From: Moniliella sp. 'wahieum'
Lineage: Eukaryota
DNA: 64,000 bases
Reading direction: 5' to 3'
Assembly (NCBI GenBank): GCA_003971905.1
Contig: RSEE01000066.1
Location: 62,001 to 126,000 of the forward strand
Part shown: in pieces, positions 40,416 to 51,592 of the stretch
How positions within the stretch are numbered: position 1 is the stretch's first letter
Layout: each line of letters starts with the position of its first letter
Program-made: the position numbers and the translations under genes
The notes under the pieces: generated by a model
Database searches by the model: none
What the model was told of the DNA's origin: nothing
What the model saw: only the letters and a program-made list of their open reading frames with translations

Positions 40416-41581
40416 TGCGGATTGTTTTCGCGTTGCGGAAGGAAGGTAGTGAGGACAAGCACAGGTGGGGGGGAGTAGGAGGAAGTGGTAGTGTAAGGGG
40501 GAGAGTAGAGGAAGGTCTGGAGAGACAGAACTGAAATGACAGGACTGGCCTTTTATGGAATTCTGGCCGAAGCGGCCAGGTCGCTTCCTCGGTCATCCTG
40601 CATTCGGGAGCGGGGAGGTGCAGAACCGAGACGTCCTGATCTCAGGGTGGCGCCGTGGCGCCCCATAGTGAGATGGGTTCCCCAGGATGATGCAATGATG
40701 CGGTGCTGGCGAGTGAAGTGATGGGGATTCGACGATTATCGATGATCGATGAGGCCGGAGGGCGTGGGGGATGCGCAGGTGGTGGCGCCGCCAACAGTGG
40801 AAAAATGAGGCCCGCCTGCCCCACGCTATCACCAACTAATCACCCCCACGTGTTCTATTTCTCGAAGCCACAGTGGCGCCATGCGGGGGTTTCGCAGGAT
40901 TGCGAATTGGAACATGACTGTATGGAGCTTCGGAAAGGCGGGCCGGCTGTGCCGGTTAGATTAAGCTTCAAGAGCTTCAGGACCAAACGAGTAAAGGTAG
41001 CGGCCGAGAGCAAAAGTCATCCACCCGATGTCTAAGGCTAGGCCTTAGGCCTAAAGCCCAATGGTCTTCCGGCAGGCACAAGGGTCGCCGAGAGGAAACC
41101 GGAAACCGGGACCGGGCTACCGGCGCCACAGAAGCTGATAGGGCCAAGTGCTTGGTACTGGAAGAGAGGATACACGCTGGCGGTATCCATCACGCCTGCA
41201 TGTCCGCCCATTGAGATCTGAGACCTGGTCCTTATTTAATCGTTATCCACCCAGTATCCACTGTCAGCGTCTTCTTTTTTTCTGTGGCCTTGAATATTGA
41301 ACCCAATCTTAATAGCCGGTTTAGCGGCCTTGATGAGACCTGGAGTCCGGATGGTCCTCGAGGGTGATGCAATCGCACTGATGGTGGTGGTGATGGTCTA
41401 AGCCAACCAGCAACGCCTACTGAGGAACATCAAACAGCGAGTCGCCACCAGGGGCTAAGCTGCGGAACAAGGAAAAACAGGAGAGAAAAACAACGGAACT
41501 CCTAGGCCTGAGGAGGAACTGAAGGGACATTGGCCAAAGCACGAGCCACCCGGTGGCTCAACAGGCCTTAGACCACATCCA

Positions 41582-42463
41582 TTTCATTGACAGAGCTTAA
41601 GGCTGGGACAGGGGGAACGCTACGTCTAAACCTAACCGTTCGTCTTGCGGGGGTTACTTGGGGGCGCCACCATCAGGGTCAAGGAACCAGGGGGATCGCC
41701 AGGATATCAGGACCCTCCGGCTCACGCCATCCGGTCCCGTACCCTAGGAAGCGCGTGTGGACACGGAGGAACGTGGTTGACATACGAGCGAGGAACCATT
41801 TCCACTGAGACTTGGTAGCCAACTCCTTCCAATGCGCAAACAACTTGCCCGCCGTTGGTGCCGTAGTATCCTCGCGTCGTCAAAACCAGGGGGAAAAACG
41901 GTTCTTGAGTGCGTCCCTGGTACTTGGCGTTCTTGTCGCATTCTGCTTGTTCAAGCATCCGAAGCAGCTCCTTCTCCCGGCGTTCCAAGGGGGTTGCGGT
42001 GCTCTCATGCACCACCCTCCGGAACGCGCTCTGCGCCGCCAGTGATCCCGTGTCGCGCAGCGTGTGGTCTACCTCCATTCCTGATCCTCCGAGTGCTCCG
42101 GGCCCCATCACGCGGTAGTCGGTGCGCTGCGTCCTCTGTCTTCTCCCATCCTCGTCCTCTACCATAGGTTCGTTGCGGACATGGGTGTCGGGGATGGAGC
42201 GTAGGAGCTGGAGAATGGGCTCCCGCACTGCGTCATGCAACGCACCAAACTTGGCCTGGGAGCGGGTGCAAGACATGATGTGCTCCAGCGAGGAGACATG
42301 ACACCGCACTTGCACATGCTGCGCGTGGTGCGGCCAATATCCTTCCTTCATCGACTTCATCTGTCTGTAACAGTCGGAGCTTTTAGGCAAGAGAGGCCAA
42401 GGTCCTGTCAGATCGATGTCAGAGACATTACCGGTAACTACGTTATACCTGTGTCATCACCCT
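41582..42463 (-). mobile_element. Fragment of a CRE-clade (Cnl1/MoTeR-like) non-LTR retrotransposon: zinc knuckle plus restriction-like endonuclease
   Basis: With frameshifts: SD...KLRLL, CKCG...EHIMSC, LHDAVR, RTDYRV, EVDHT, AECDKNAKY, FFPLVLTTRG and FAHWKE..WKWFLARMS. This is the RHD/PD..D..K..KY layout of RLE domains. No RT present. Exact 3' boundary uncertain. Confidence 0.75.
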
Positions 42464-42760
42464 CACTGTGAGCCGAGGATCCAGAGGTATTCCGCGGTAT
42501 TCCGTGCCCCCTCCGTGGTATTCTGTGGTATGTCGTGGTATGTCGTGGTATGTTGTGGTGAATCTGTGTCATTCCGTGGCCATCGGATTCTTGATTTTTT
42601 TTCGTTCCGTGGTATGTGTGGTGTTCTGTGGTAATCCGCGACATGTTGTGCCATGTCGCGGTATGTCGGAGTATTCCGTGGTGGGTATTGCGAGGCGGCT
42701 AGAAATTGAAGGAAAGTCAGGCTCAAAAATTTCGACCTGGCAATCAAGTAATGAAATTTC
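42464..42760. repeat. Putative CACTA/CMC terminus (CACTG) with a subterminal 10-bp repeat array (GTGGTATGTC/GTGGTATTCC)
   Basis: CACTG at 42464 coincides with the break of the CRE fragment. Many degenerate GTGGTA units follow at 42485-42685. Downstream of the transposase remnant. Confidence 0.55.
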
Positions 42761-42761
42761 A

Positions 42762-42870
42762 CTAGAAGACCACCGGGCCTACGGCCCGGTCAGCTGTTGG
42801 GGCTTCGCCCCAGCTTGGTGCTTGGTGCTTGGTCGCCACCTTAGCCACCGTTCCCCCTTCACCAACACTG
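42762..42870 (-). mobile_element. Helitron-like 3' end, copy 2 (canonical CTAG|T)
   Basis: Minus strand reads ...GCTGGGGCGAAGCCCCAAC..ACCGGGCCGTAGGCCCGGTGGTCTTCTAG|T. Confidence 0.6.
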
Positions 42871-43170
42871 ACACTTGCGAGCGTGCGACTTGGGAGCACA
42901 CTCGGAAGAAGAATCGTTAGCCCGGGTTGGGCTTGGAGAAAAAATGGTAGAGTGCAAAAGGGCAGCACTCTCACTCAATCCTTTTCAAGGCTATTAAGAG
43001 CGCTTAGCGCCTTATACACCTACAATAGCAGTCTGCGTGTCTCTTTTGCACCTATGCCAACAGCTTCTGCTCGTGAGCCGTCGTCTTCGATCGATCCCAG
43101 TGCTTGATAGCTTCCAGTTCCACTGTGCATCTCTGATGCCGATCTCCATTTGATTTCCGTTTCGTTTCAT

Positions 43171-44453
43171 CTACAAAACAGTACCCAACAAAGGCAGCAC
43201 GCATATTGTGTTGCCCTTCTCTTTTCCTCGGGAATAAAATGTACCTTGGCACGCAACACTTATAGTGTTTTTGTCAGACACCAAGTCGGCACCCAATGGG
43301 TGAGAGTAAATCCAAACCTCCTCGTCAGAAACGTCGTCATCCGCTGCAATTCGTGCTAGTGCATCCGAACTCAGAACTTCCTTGAGGGGTATGTGTCCCA
43401 TGACCCACCCAATGTCGACAAGTGGTACGACAATGTTGTTTACTGACGCGAACGTCGCTCTGTGAAAGCCTTATTCATCGCGAGGTAGAGACGCATTACC
43501 TTCAGCGTCAATCGGATGAGTTCTACCAGGAAAGTAGTATTCGGAGCCCGCTTCATCGGTCTCCACCCCAACGTAGTAGTCAATCAACATGAAAAAGTGC
43601 CCATCGTGCGCCAATTGCTGTACAATGCCTGCATTTGTTGTGAGTAGTTGGACACAGAGTCCTAGACGGGACGAGGCATACTGACCCTGTTGCCTCGAAC
43701 ACGTTGCCTGTTCTCATTTGGCCCCCACTCAGCTACTGCCCAGATCGATAAATGGGCGGTAGGGTCAATGTTGAACGAGCGCAGCAACGCCGCATCCCCC
43801 CTTGCACCATCGAGCCCATCAATAATAACTTCTCGTTTGTGATTCAACCCAACCGAAAGTGTGGTCATAGCTTGGGGGAGCATGGAATCCATGCGAATGC
43901 CAACCAAGTCATCCTGGTTCCTGCTCGCTTCGTTAGCAAGGACAATATACGGTTTGGTAAACGAGCGGATACGGTGGCCCAACCATCCCTGTTCCCGTTT
44001 CTGCCGGAGCGGTCCATCTCCCCTGCCAATTTCCGTATCTCCACATCTCGTCAGCCCAATGAAGAGTTGTGGACCAAGATCTGAATGTGGTTGATGTCTT
44101 CGTTCAGACCGCTTGGAACAGTGAAGTCGTGAAACCATTGGCAAATGGCAAGGCTGTTAGGAGAAGCTCGACGTCGGCAGCATACATTTTCCGTTTGACA
44201 ACAGCCTAAGCATCACGGTGAGGTCGCCACCAGATCGAGATATCTGCTGAGGCACATAATGCAACTTGGCGAACGGATAAAGCAGGCACCCATATTGACT
44301 GCAATCTCAAACATGCGCATGCCGCTGTTAAAAGCAGAGCCAATCGAACGAGGCACTCCACTACAAAACGAAGAAGGAAGAAACCTAATCGACCTGGTTC
44401 CCAGGTTAGCTCATTCAAATCAGCATCGCGCATGTTGCATGAACCAAAAGAGA
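43171..44453 (-). pseudogene. C-terminal part of a CACTA/EnSpm-type (Tnp2-like) fungal transposase, disrupted
   Basis: Joined across frames: FLPSSFCSGVPRSIGSAFNSGMRMFE (cf. recalled consensus PSSF.R.PRN....SGYKAWE), NHIQILVH, GP..KREQGWLGHRIRSFTKPY..LAN (cf. ERxxGxLxxxIR..SNPY.NL), WAVAEW..RVR and VVPLVDIGWVMGHIP. Contains in-frame stops. Confidence 0.6.
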
Positions 44454-45715
44454 TGACAGAAACTCCACGCCCTCCCTCAAGGGCGGGTCCCAGACAGGCA
44501 GCTGGCCCCGGGGCTATACCCCTCCTTGGAATACGCAGACGGCGAAATTTTCTCAGAAAAGAAGACCCGTAACACCCCCAGCCACAAGAACAAGAAAAGC
44601 GCTCCACTATCAGTCACAGGAACAAAAGGGGGAGGCGAGGAACCTCTTCGTGGTAAAAAGGAAACGCACAGGAAGCTCAACTCTTACGGCTCATCATCTT
44701 TTAGGGAACAAGCTCGAAACGGAACAAAATCGAGAATTAAGATATAGAGTCCCTCCCCCAGGAACCAAAAGAGACAATACGCGGCTAGCCTCAGGGCCAT
44801 TTTCACCTCTCTCGGCCATATACGGAAGGGACCCAATGGACTCAATCCAGGTCATGCTACATTGGAATACAGCGGCCGGTGTCTGATGAGTTGCCTACAA
44901 AAGAGTCGGTCCCTGGAGAGAAACCCACAAGGAAGGGGGACCAATAAAGGAAGCTTGCGAGGTCAGCCCAGCTCTCATTCCGCGTTTCCTTCGCTTGCGT
45001 AGGCAATTCATAACCGGGTCCAAGCGAGCCTGTAATACTATAACACGGTGCCTTGCTACTTACTTCATTCGTTTCCCTCCACCCTTAGAGCTTCATGTTT
45101 CGCACATCTACTGTCACTGTCACATTGGTACAGAACGCGTCTCTCTACCGTGATCCCGATCTTATTCCCAATCATTCTTCTCTCTATCGAGCCTCTTTTG
45201 TTGTTTCCGTATTCGTGTGGAGAAACTCTTTGCTAGGCCCACCAGTCGGGTTCGCAGTGTGCAGGGGGGAAGGGATAACTTTGATTATCCAACCATTCTG
45301 CAAAAATCATAATGAAAGACAAAAGGGGAGGTGAATCGGACTACGGCCCGGCTTGACTTCCCTGTGGTTTCTTCCGGAGCAATGTTTACTGGATGCACCA
45401 GAAGTGGAACGACACACACGGTGTCATACAGTGTTCCAATCTAACTGACCTCACTGGAGGCGGTTGATGGAGATGTGAGAAGTAGGAGAACTACGAAGGG
45501 CCGTCAGTGGATGTGGTCAAGTGTTGCTCTCCAGCGCGACTTCGCTGATGGGTTGTGCGTCAGTGGCAGGCGGGGGAGGTCAGAACGAAAGTACATCATG
45601 CGAATCATACCGTACCGTTGCATCCTTAAACTCTATTGTGACCATCCTTAACATCAATAGTAGAGGTGAAGGTTATGGGACAAAGAAACGCTGCGCCGAA
45701 ACTGACGTGTTCATC

Positions 45716-45800
45716 CTGCTAACGGTGGCGACGGTGGCCCAGCACAACAGGCTGGGGCAAAGCCCCAGCAGACCGGGCCGTAGGCCCGGAGGCCTCCTCG
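45716..45800 (+). mobile_element. Helitron-like 3' end, copy 3
   Basis: GCTGGGGCAAAGCCCCAGC..CCGGGCCGTAGGCCCGG AGGCCTCCTCG|TATATATA. Confidence 0.55.
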
Positions 45801-47268
45801 TATATATACAGTGTTGTAGCACCAGATTAAGAGTCCCTAGATTACGAGAACTTCAGGTTCTAGGTGCGCCACGCCTTAATTGCTGTACCATCAGGCAATC
45901 AAAAGTGGTTGATACTACAGTAGGATATATATTCGCGTGGTCGGTCTGGGCGGGGGCAGCCGGTTGTGGGATGCTGTGTAGTGTGTGGCTATTGTGGGTA
46001 TGTGCGAATGTGTGGGGGCGCATCCAAGCCACAACCTGCAGACACACGAGATGATACCAATGGAACGCGAGCCACCGACGGTACGCGTTCGTACTTTGTA
46101 CCCATTCCTCCAGCATATCTGACTTGTAGGCGTAGCACTTTGTGCGCTTCAATCTCGTCTCCGTCTCCATTCGATCCGCCTCATCCGCTCAATCCTGGCA
46201 CACCCAAGGGTCGGCTCCGTTTGGCGGTTGCGCGGTAACCTCAATCCTGCGTCGACATGGTTTTCTTAGGGAACATCCTCTCCTTAACGCCTCAACGCGC
46301 GCTCCACCACCGTGCCAATGAACAGCAACCTAGGAACCAGCCTGAGACAAGTGCATATCAATCGAGAGGGCCACGTGGCGGCCCGGCTGCCTGGCTGCCA
46401 AAGCAGCTTCGATCAATCATACAAAGGGAAGGGAATGGGGCGCGGCCATAGGTCAACGGTCGACGGTCAAGGTCAACCCCCACCCAGCCAGAGGGCCAAG
46501 CGGAGAGGAAGGGATATACAGGCCATTAGGACAGGAAGGGCACACGGGTAGGGAGCCACACCCTCGCCCAGGCTCAGGACCGAGACGGGGGGGCGAGAGG
46601 GGGGGCGAAGGAGGATCACATCCCAGGGCGTGGGTGTTCAAGACACCCAGGTACGGCGGCCCGAAAAAGGGTGGCCCTAGACCATGAAAGGGGATTAGCG
46701 AGCGTGGTGCTGGTGCCTAAGAGGACGGGGTAAATGAAGACACGTAGAAAGGGAATGTAGGAGGGGTAGGATCTGTGGGGTCGGTGAGACGGGGGGATGA
46801 GTGCAGGTGGGAAAAGAGGGGTAAGCAGGCCAGGCAGCGAAAAAGAATGCGAAGCACCGCTTGAGGTGGGAATGAACTTGGACAGGGTGGCGACGTGAAG
46901 TAGTAAAAAGGAGAGGGAACACCAACAAACGAGCCCTGCCATCAGAGGGGCATGGAGAGCAAGGGAAAAGCAGGGGCGGGGCTGAGCGGGGGTGGGTGGG
47001 GGGGGGGGATCAGCCACCACAAAGCGAGCAAGTTTCCCTCGTCATCTACCACCCAGACCTGACGAGCCCCGGAGAAGTGGAATTAGCTTTGCCGCCAATG
47101 GAAAGACAGGGTACCGAGACCGCAAAGCAAACGGAAAAAAGAGGGGTTTTAGGGGCCCTAAAGTGACGCTCAGAAGGTCGAATAAGTTAAACGAAAGACT
47201 GATCAGATGAGGAACAGTTGGGTACTTGGACCCCGTTCCATGGAGAGTGAAACGAGTGAAGGGAGCCT

Positions 47269-50200
47269 TTAGGAAGTGCCTTCCACGGCGGCTTGATCGT
47301 TGTCCGTGTGCGCGGCACGGTCTCTGCCCCCCTTATCTGGTTTCGGGGTGGGGGCGAACGCGAGGCCCAAACCGACCGTGGAGGCTTGTGCCTCGTTGAC
47401 ACGTTGTGGAGACTCTGGACTTGCCTCGGGAGTCGGAGAGAGGTCCCTCGAGCGCGACTCGGTAAAGGGCTCGGCCACAGTTGGTTGGCTTGGTGCTGGC
47501 TTGGCTTGACGGGCAGTGGATGCCGGCCGGCCGTACTCCGAACCAGCGACCAAGTCAGGCGCAAGTGCAATGGACCCGACAAACTCAAGGGTGCCGGCGT
47601 GGCCACTGACACAGTGGGGAAAGCGGCATCCGCTTTCATAAGCGCATTGCGTGTGTCACGGTCCAACGAGGGAATCATGGAAGGCACTCCTGCCGCCACT
47701 GGGGGAGGGGACAAAGGCCGGTTGAGCAGCAAGGGCTGCGGCAGCATCGTCCCCTCCTGCGGAGAGACGGTTGGGGAGAGGGAGGGAGGCTCTCGAAGTC
47801 TCCGTGGCGCGGTGGCTACTGGTGTCGATCGACCCGGGGTAGAAATGGTAGAAGAAACGCTCTGGGTCCGCCGATGCGCCGGTTGCTCGCATGCCCAGCA
47901 GCAGAAGGCGGCAGCACGGCTGGAGTACTCGTGGTAGGTGTGCTGGACAAGGTCCCCTCGCTTTCGATTCTGGCAAGGCCGACCGAGTCCGGCAAAGGAG
48001 GGACCGGAGGCGCAGCAGAAGGCGAATCCGGGGCACGGAGCGCTGCCGCACTTGCCTTTCTGGCAGCCAGGCTCAACGCCGAGGGGAATGAGACTTGTCG
48101 TTTGGGCCATGTGCCAGGCGTGGACGGAGCCAGAGAAGGGGATGTGCGTCGTGCGTCGGCGGAAGGAGAAGCCTTACCCAGGGTGGTGGCCGTGGAAGCC
48201 ATCGTCTGCAGCTCTTCTGCGTCCGAGACTGGATTGGGCGAGGAGCGAGAGGAACTGGAAGTGGTCGAGCCTGAGCAAGACTGCAATGGGTCGGAACGAA
48301 CACCAGGGGGGCCGGGCCCACGGACGATATCAGGCCATCCGGAGCGGAACGGAGCACTGGGAACCCAGCCGATCCCGACGTGGCCGGCGTTGACACGGGT
48401 ACTGAACCGGTGTGGGATGCAACAGGTGTCGGTGCCGTAGACCAAGGATGGGATGCCCCTGGTGCAGCGACGGGCGAGGCGAGAGGGGAGTAAAACCCCA
48501 TGCTTTGGTGGGACATGGACAGGGTAGATCCAGGACCACCTGAAGTTGATAGGACAGATGAAGGTGTGCGCGAGTGGCACTGGCTTTGAGAACGCGAATG
48601 GGTCACGGGAGTTTGGGAATGCGAAGGTGTGTGAGCATGCATGCGGCCTGAGATTGGGCCCACGTAGACATGCGAGGAGGAGGAAGAGGAGGTGTGGTGG
48701 TGGTGGTGGTGCCGTCCAGAGCCAGGTCGGTTATAACTATGCGTCCGGGCATGAATGGGGACCACCGGAGATACACGATCTGAAGCCATGGGTTCCGCCA
48801 ACGCCAGCGCCGGCTCCGCATCTGCCCCAGCCTTTTCCGCCACGGAGCCAGGCGCAGATGCTGAAGCCGAGGAAGTCGCCGGCCCAGAGGCTGCCACATC
48901 ACTGCCGAATCCAGCCGGGCTGGTGGGCGGCAATGCAGCTTGCATGACCAACATCGAAGGGGGCTCGTCGAACACCTCGTAGTAGCGTTCGATACACAGC
49001 CGCAGGAGCATCGTGAGAGTTGCGCCAGACTGGACCTCATTGCTACCCGCATTCGGGTTGGACGCCGGGAACGGTGAGGCGCCTGCAGCCATAGCACGCT
49101 GCAGAGGCACCCTCCCCACCAAAATCTTGGCGTCCTTTTCAGGTGCGTTTGGGCTGTTCACCAAGCAAGGGGCAACAACTGCGGCCAGGTTGTACGCGTC
49201 CATCTCGTTTTGTGGAGCATGGTGGGCCACATCGTGCAGCAGTTGAATGACATGGGCCAGGACATGGGCATGACATGCTGGTCGAATGGTTGGGAGGAGA
49301 ATGCCTCTCAGATAAGCGATCGTAGCTGCATCACGCGCCTCGTCTTGAGTAGCTTGGGCGGTGCCGGGCTCAGGCGCGGTGTAGGACTTGTCCCCTGCAC
49401 CTCGTGGTCCCGGGCCATTCTGAGCAAAGGAGGGGATGGGCGCCGTGCGAATCAGGGGGTACAAGGCTGGAGAGATGAGAGGCTCACTAAGTGAACGTAC
49501 CCAGCTCTTTAGTAGCGCAGCGACCAGGAGACCACCGTCAGAGGCATAGTCTGTTTCGAGAGACAGCGTCCCACCACCATCGTATACGTTTTGCGCCATC
49601 TTGAGTCGTGCTGAGGAAGGGGCGACCCGGAAGAGGCCATGTGTGGCCATGCGGTTCGCCCGGTCAGCGTAGAAGAATGCCACACAGTCACGGACAACCT
49701 TGGGCAGGCCGCGACGTCCATCTGGGCCCATCGCATCAGCCAGGCGCATTCCAAAGACGGATCCACTGGAAGGCATAGTAGCAGGCGGGAATGACTCTGT
49801 TGGGGAAGAGGGAGTGGCTAACGCTGAAGAAGAAACTGGTAAGAAGTACGCTTCCTTCTTCAAGTTGTACTCCAAGACGGTGGGTGGGAAATCAACCTGG
49901 GTCAGGTCGAGGTATTGCCCCAGGAGCGAGATCCTGTCGAGCAAGACGAGCTTCTTGCGGAATTTGGGCGAGACAAGCCAGGCGCTAGTCGCCATGGTAC
50001 TGGTTAAAACACGGGTGAAGAGCGTGGAATGAACAATGTAGAGCATTTTGAGGTTTTTGCGATACCTGGAAAACAGGAGTTAGTACTATGTCTCGCACAC
50101 ACAGGGACGAGTAACGCACTTGCGCGACAAGCGCTTGTAAGCCCCCCATAACCATCCCCATGAAGGCGAGTGGTTGCCTCCCCAGGCGAGGTAGACAAGG

Positions 50201-51592
50201 GTATAATCTTGCTCCAAATAGGTCCATCTTGTCCAAGATGCGGTCCAACACGCGACTCAGGTCAGTCTCCCCCGGATCTGGTATCCGAGCGGCGGCCAAG
50301 ACGACAACTGGTCTTCCAGCATAGTCGACACCAGCTTGATAGAGCAACCGATCCGCTGCTTGTCGCACCCCCTCAGCCTGATGATCCATCTCATCTTGGG
50401 CATTTAACAACGGCGGTTCGGATGCCGGTTCATAATGGGAGATTCCGGACTGGGCGGCATCATCAGCAGTCGCAGGGAGGGAGAAACTCTCCTCCTCAGG
50501 TTTGGGGGAAAAGAAAGGGTCGTTCGATGGCGCTGGACTACCCGCGTTCCAATGACTGGCAGGAATGGGGGGGCGGGACTTGTGCAGGGTCTGTGATCGC
50601 CGCGGAAGGGAATGAGGGTGTTGCCGGGACGGAATCGGACTGGATGTACGAGGCGCCTGTCCCAAACGGGGACTGCGGATGGCCGCAGGCCCAGGGCTTG
50701 TGGGCCGTTCGGAAAAGGAGCGTTGGACCCGGCACAGAGTCGCGTAAGCATCTTGGCCGGCTGGCCCCAACCCACGGTACGCAGATGGAAGGCGCGGTGC
50801 AAGAGGCTCTGCCGGAGGCTCGAGACAATCGGCAAAACTGCTGCTTCCGTCGTCGGGGTCAGGATCAGGGTCCAGGTCGGCAGGGTCATCCGGCAGCGAG
50901 TCCTGGGGTCTTTCGTCCGAGCCTGCTGGCGACAAGGACGCAAACGAGGAACGGGTTTGGGAATGGACGCTGGGGCTCGCGGCTGGATCGTTAAGAGGTG
51001 CAGTTGGAAGCGGGAGCGGGATGGAGGTGGGAGCATCTCGGCGCCAGAATGCCCGACGCCACGATCTTCCAGTGGAGGGCGGCGGGGTTGGGGTTGGGGT
51101 GCAGGTGGAGGCGAAAGGGGACGATGTGCCAGGGAAGCAGCTGCAATGGCCGCGCGAAGGGCAGCCGTGGCACTGGGGAAGGAGAAGGCAAGGGGGACGG
51201 GGACAGAGACGGAGACGGGGACGGAGGGGCATGTGGGGTGGGTTGAGGGGGCCGGTGGCGGGGGGGGAGGGGATGCGAGAGCGTCAGAGAGGAGAATCTC
51301 GAGCTCATCGCCGGGGGTGGGATCGGGAGGACATGGATCGGAGGGGGAGTTGAAGGCCGGCTTGGGGGGTAGCGGTCTCGGCCTGGGCAATGATCTGGGT
51401 GATGGAAGTGCGCGGGGTGAGGGTGCGAAGGGGCGGGGGGCGGGGGGGCGGGGGGGAGGCAGGAGAGGCGCGTGAGTGAAGGGAGTCTGTGGCGGAGGCA
51501 GAGGCAGAGGCAGAGGCAGAGGCAGAGGCAGTGGTGGGGTGTGGCCCCGCGGTGGGACGCATGCCTGTGCGTGGGCCGGTGCTCCTGCTCAT
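47269..51592 (-). CDS. RhoGAP with a BCH/CRAL-TRIO domain (p50RhoGAP/ARHGAP1-like)
   Basis: LYQAGVDYAGRPVVVLAAARIP, YRKNLKMLYIVHS..F...VSPKFRKKL (BCH domain). VFGMRL..LPKVVRDC..GLFRVAP (arginine finger), ALLKSWVRSLSEPL and NEMDAYNLAAVVAPCL. Confidence 0.9.

Noticed and set aside
42485..42685. Repeat array as CRISPR or telomeric repeat
   Set aside because: Degenerate 10-bp units without unique spacers, in a eukaryotic and TE context.
44454..45426. TGACA...TGTCA segment as a solo LTR
   Set aside because: Only a 5-bp inverted repeat, and the flanks (AGAGA vs TACAG) are not a TSD.
45432..46275. TGTTCC...GGAACA segment as a 3' LTR
   Set aside because: A PPT-like tract is adjacent, but there is no partner LTR or gag/pol and the interior looks composite. 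Mentioned only as a hint.
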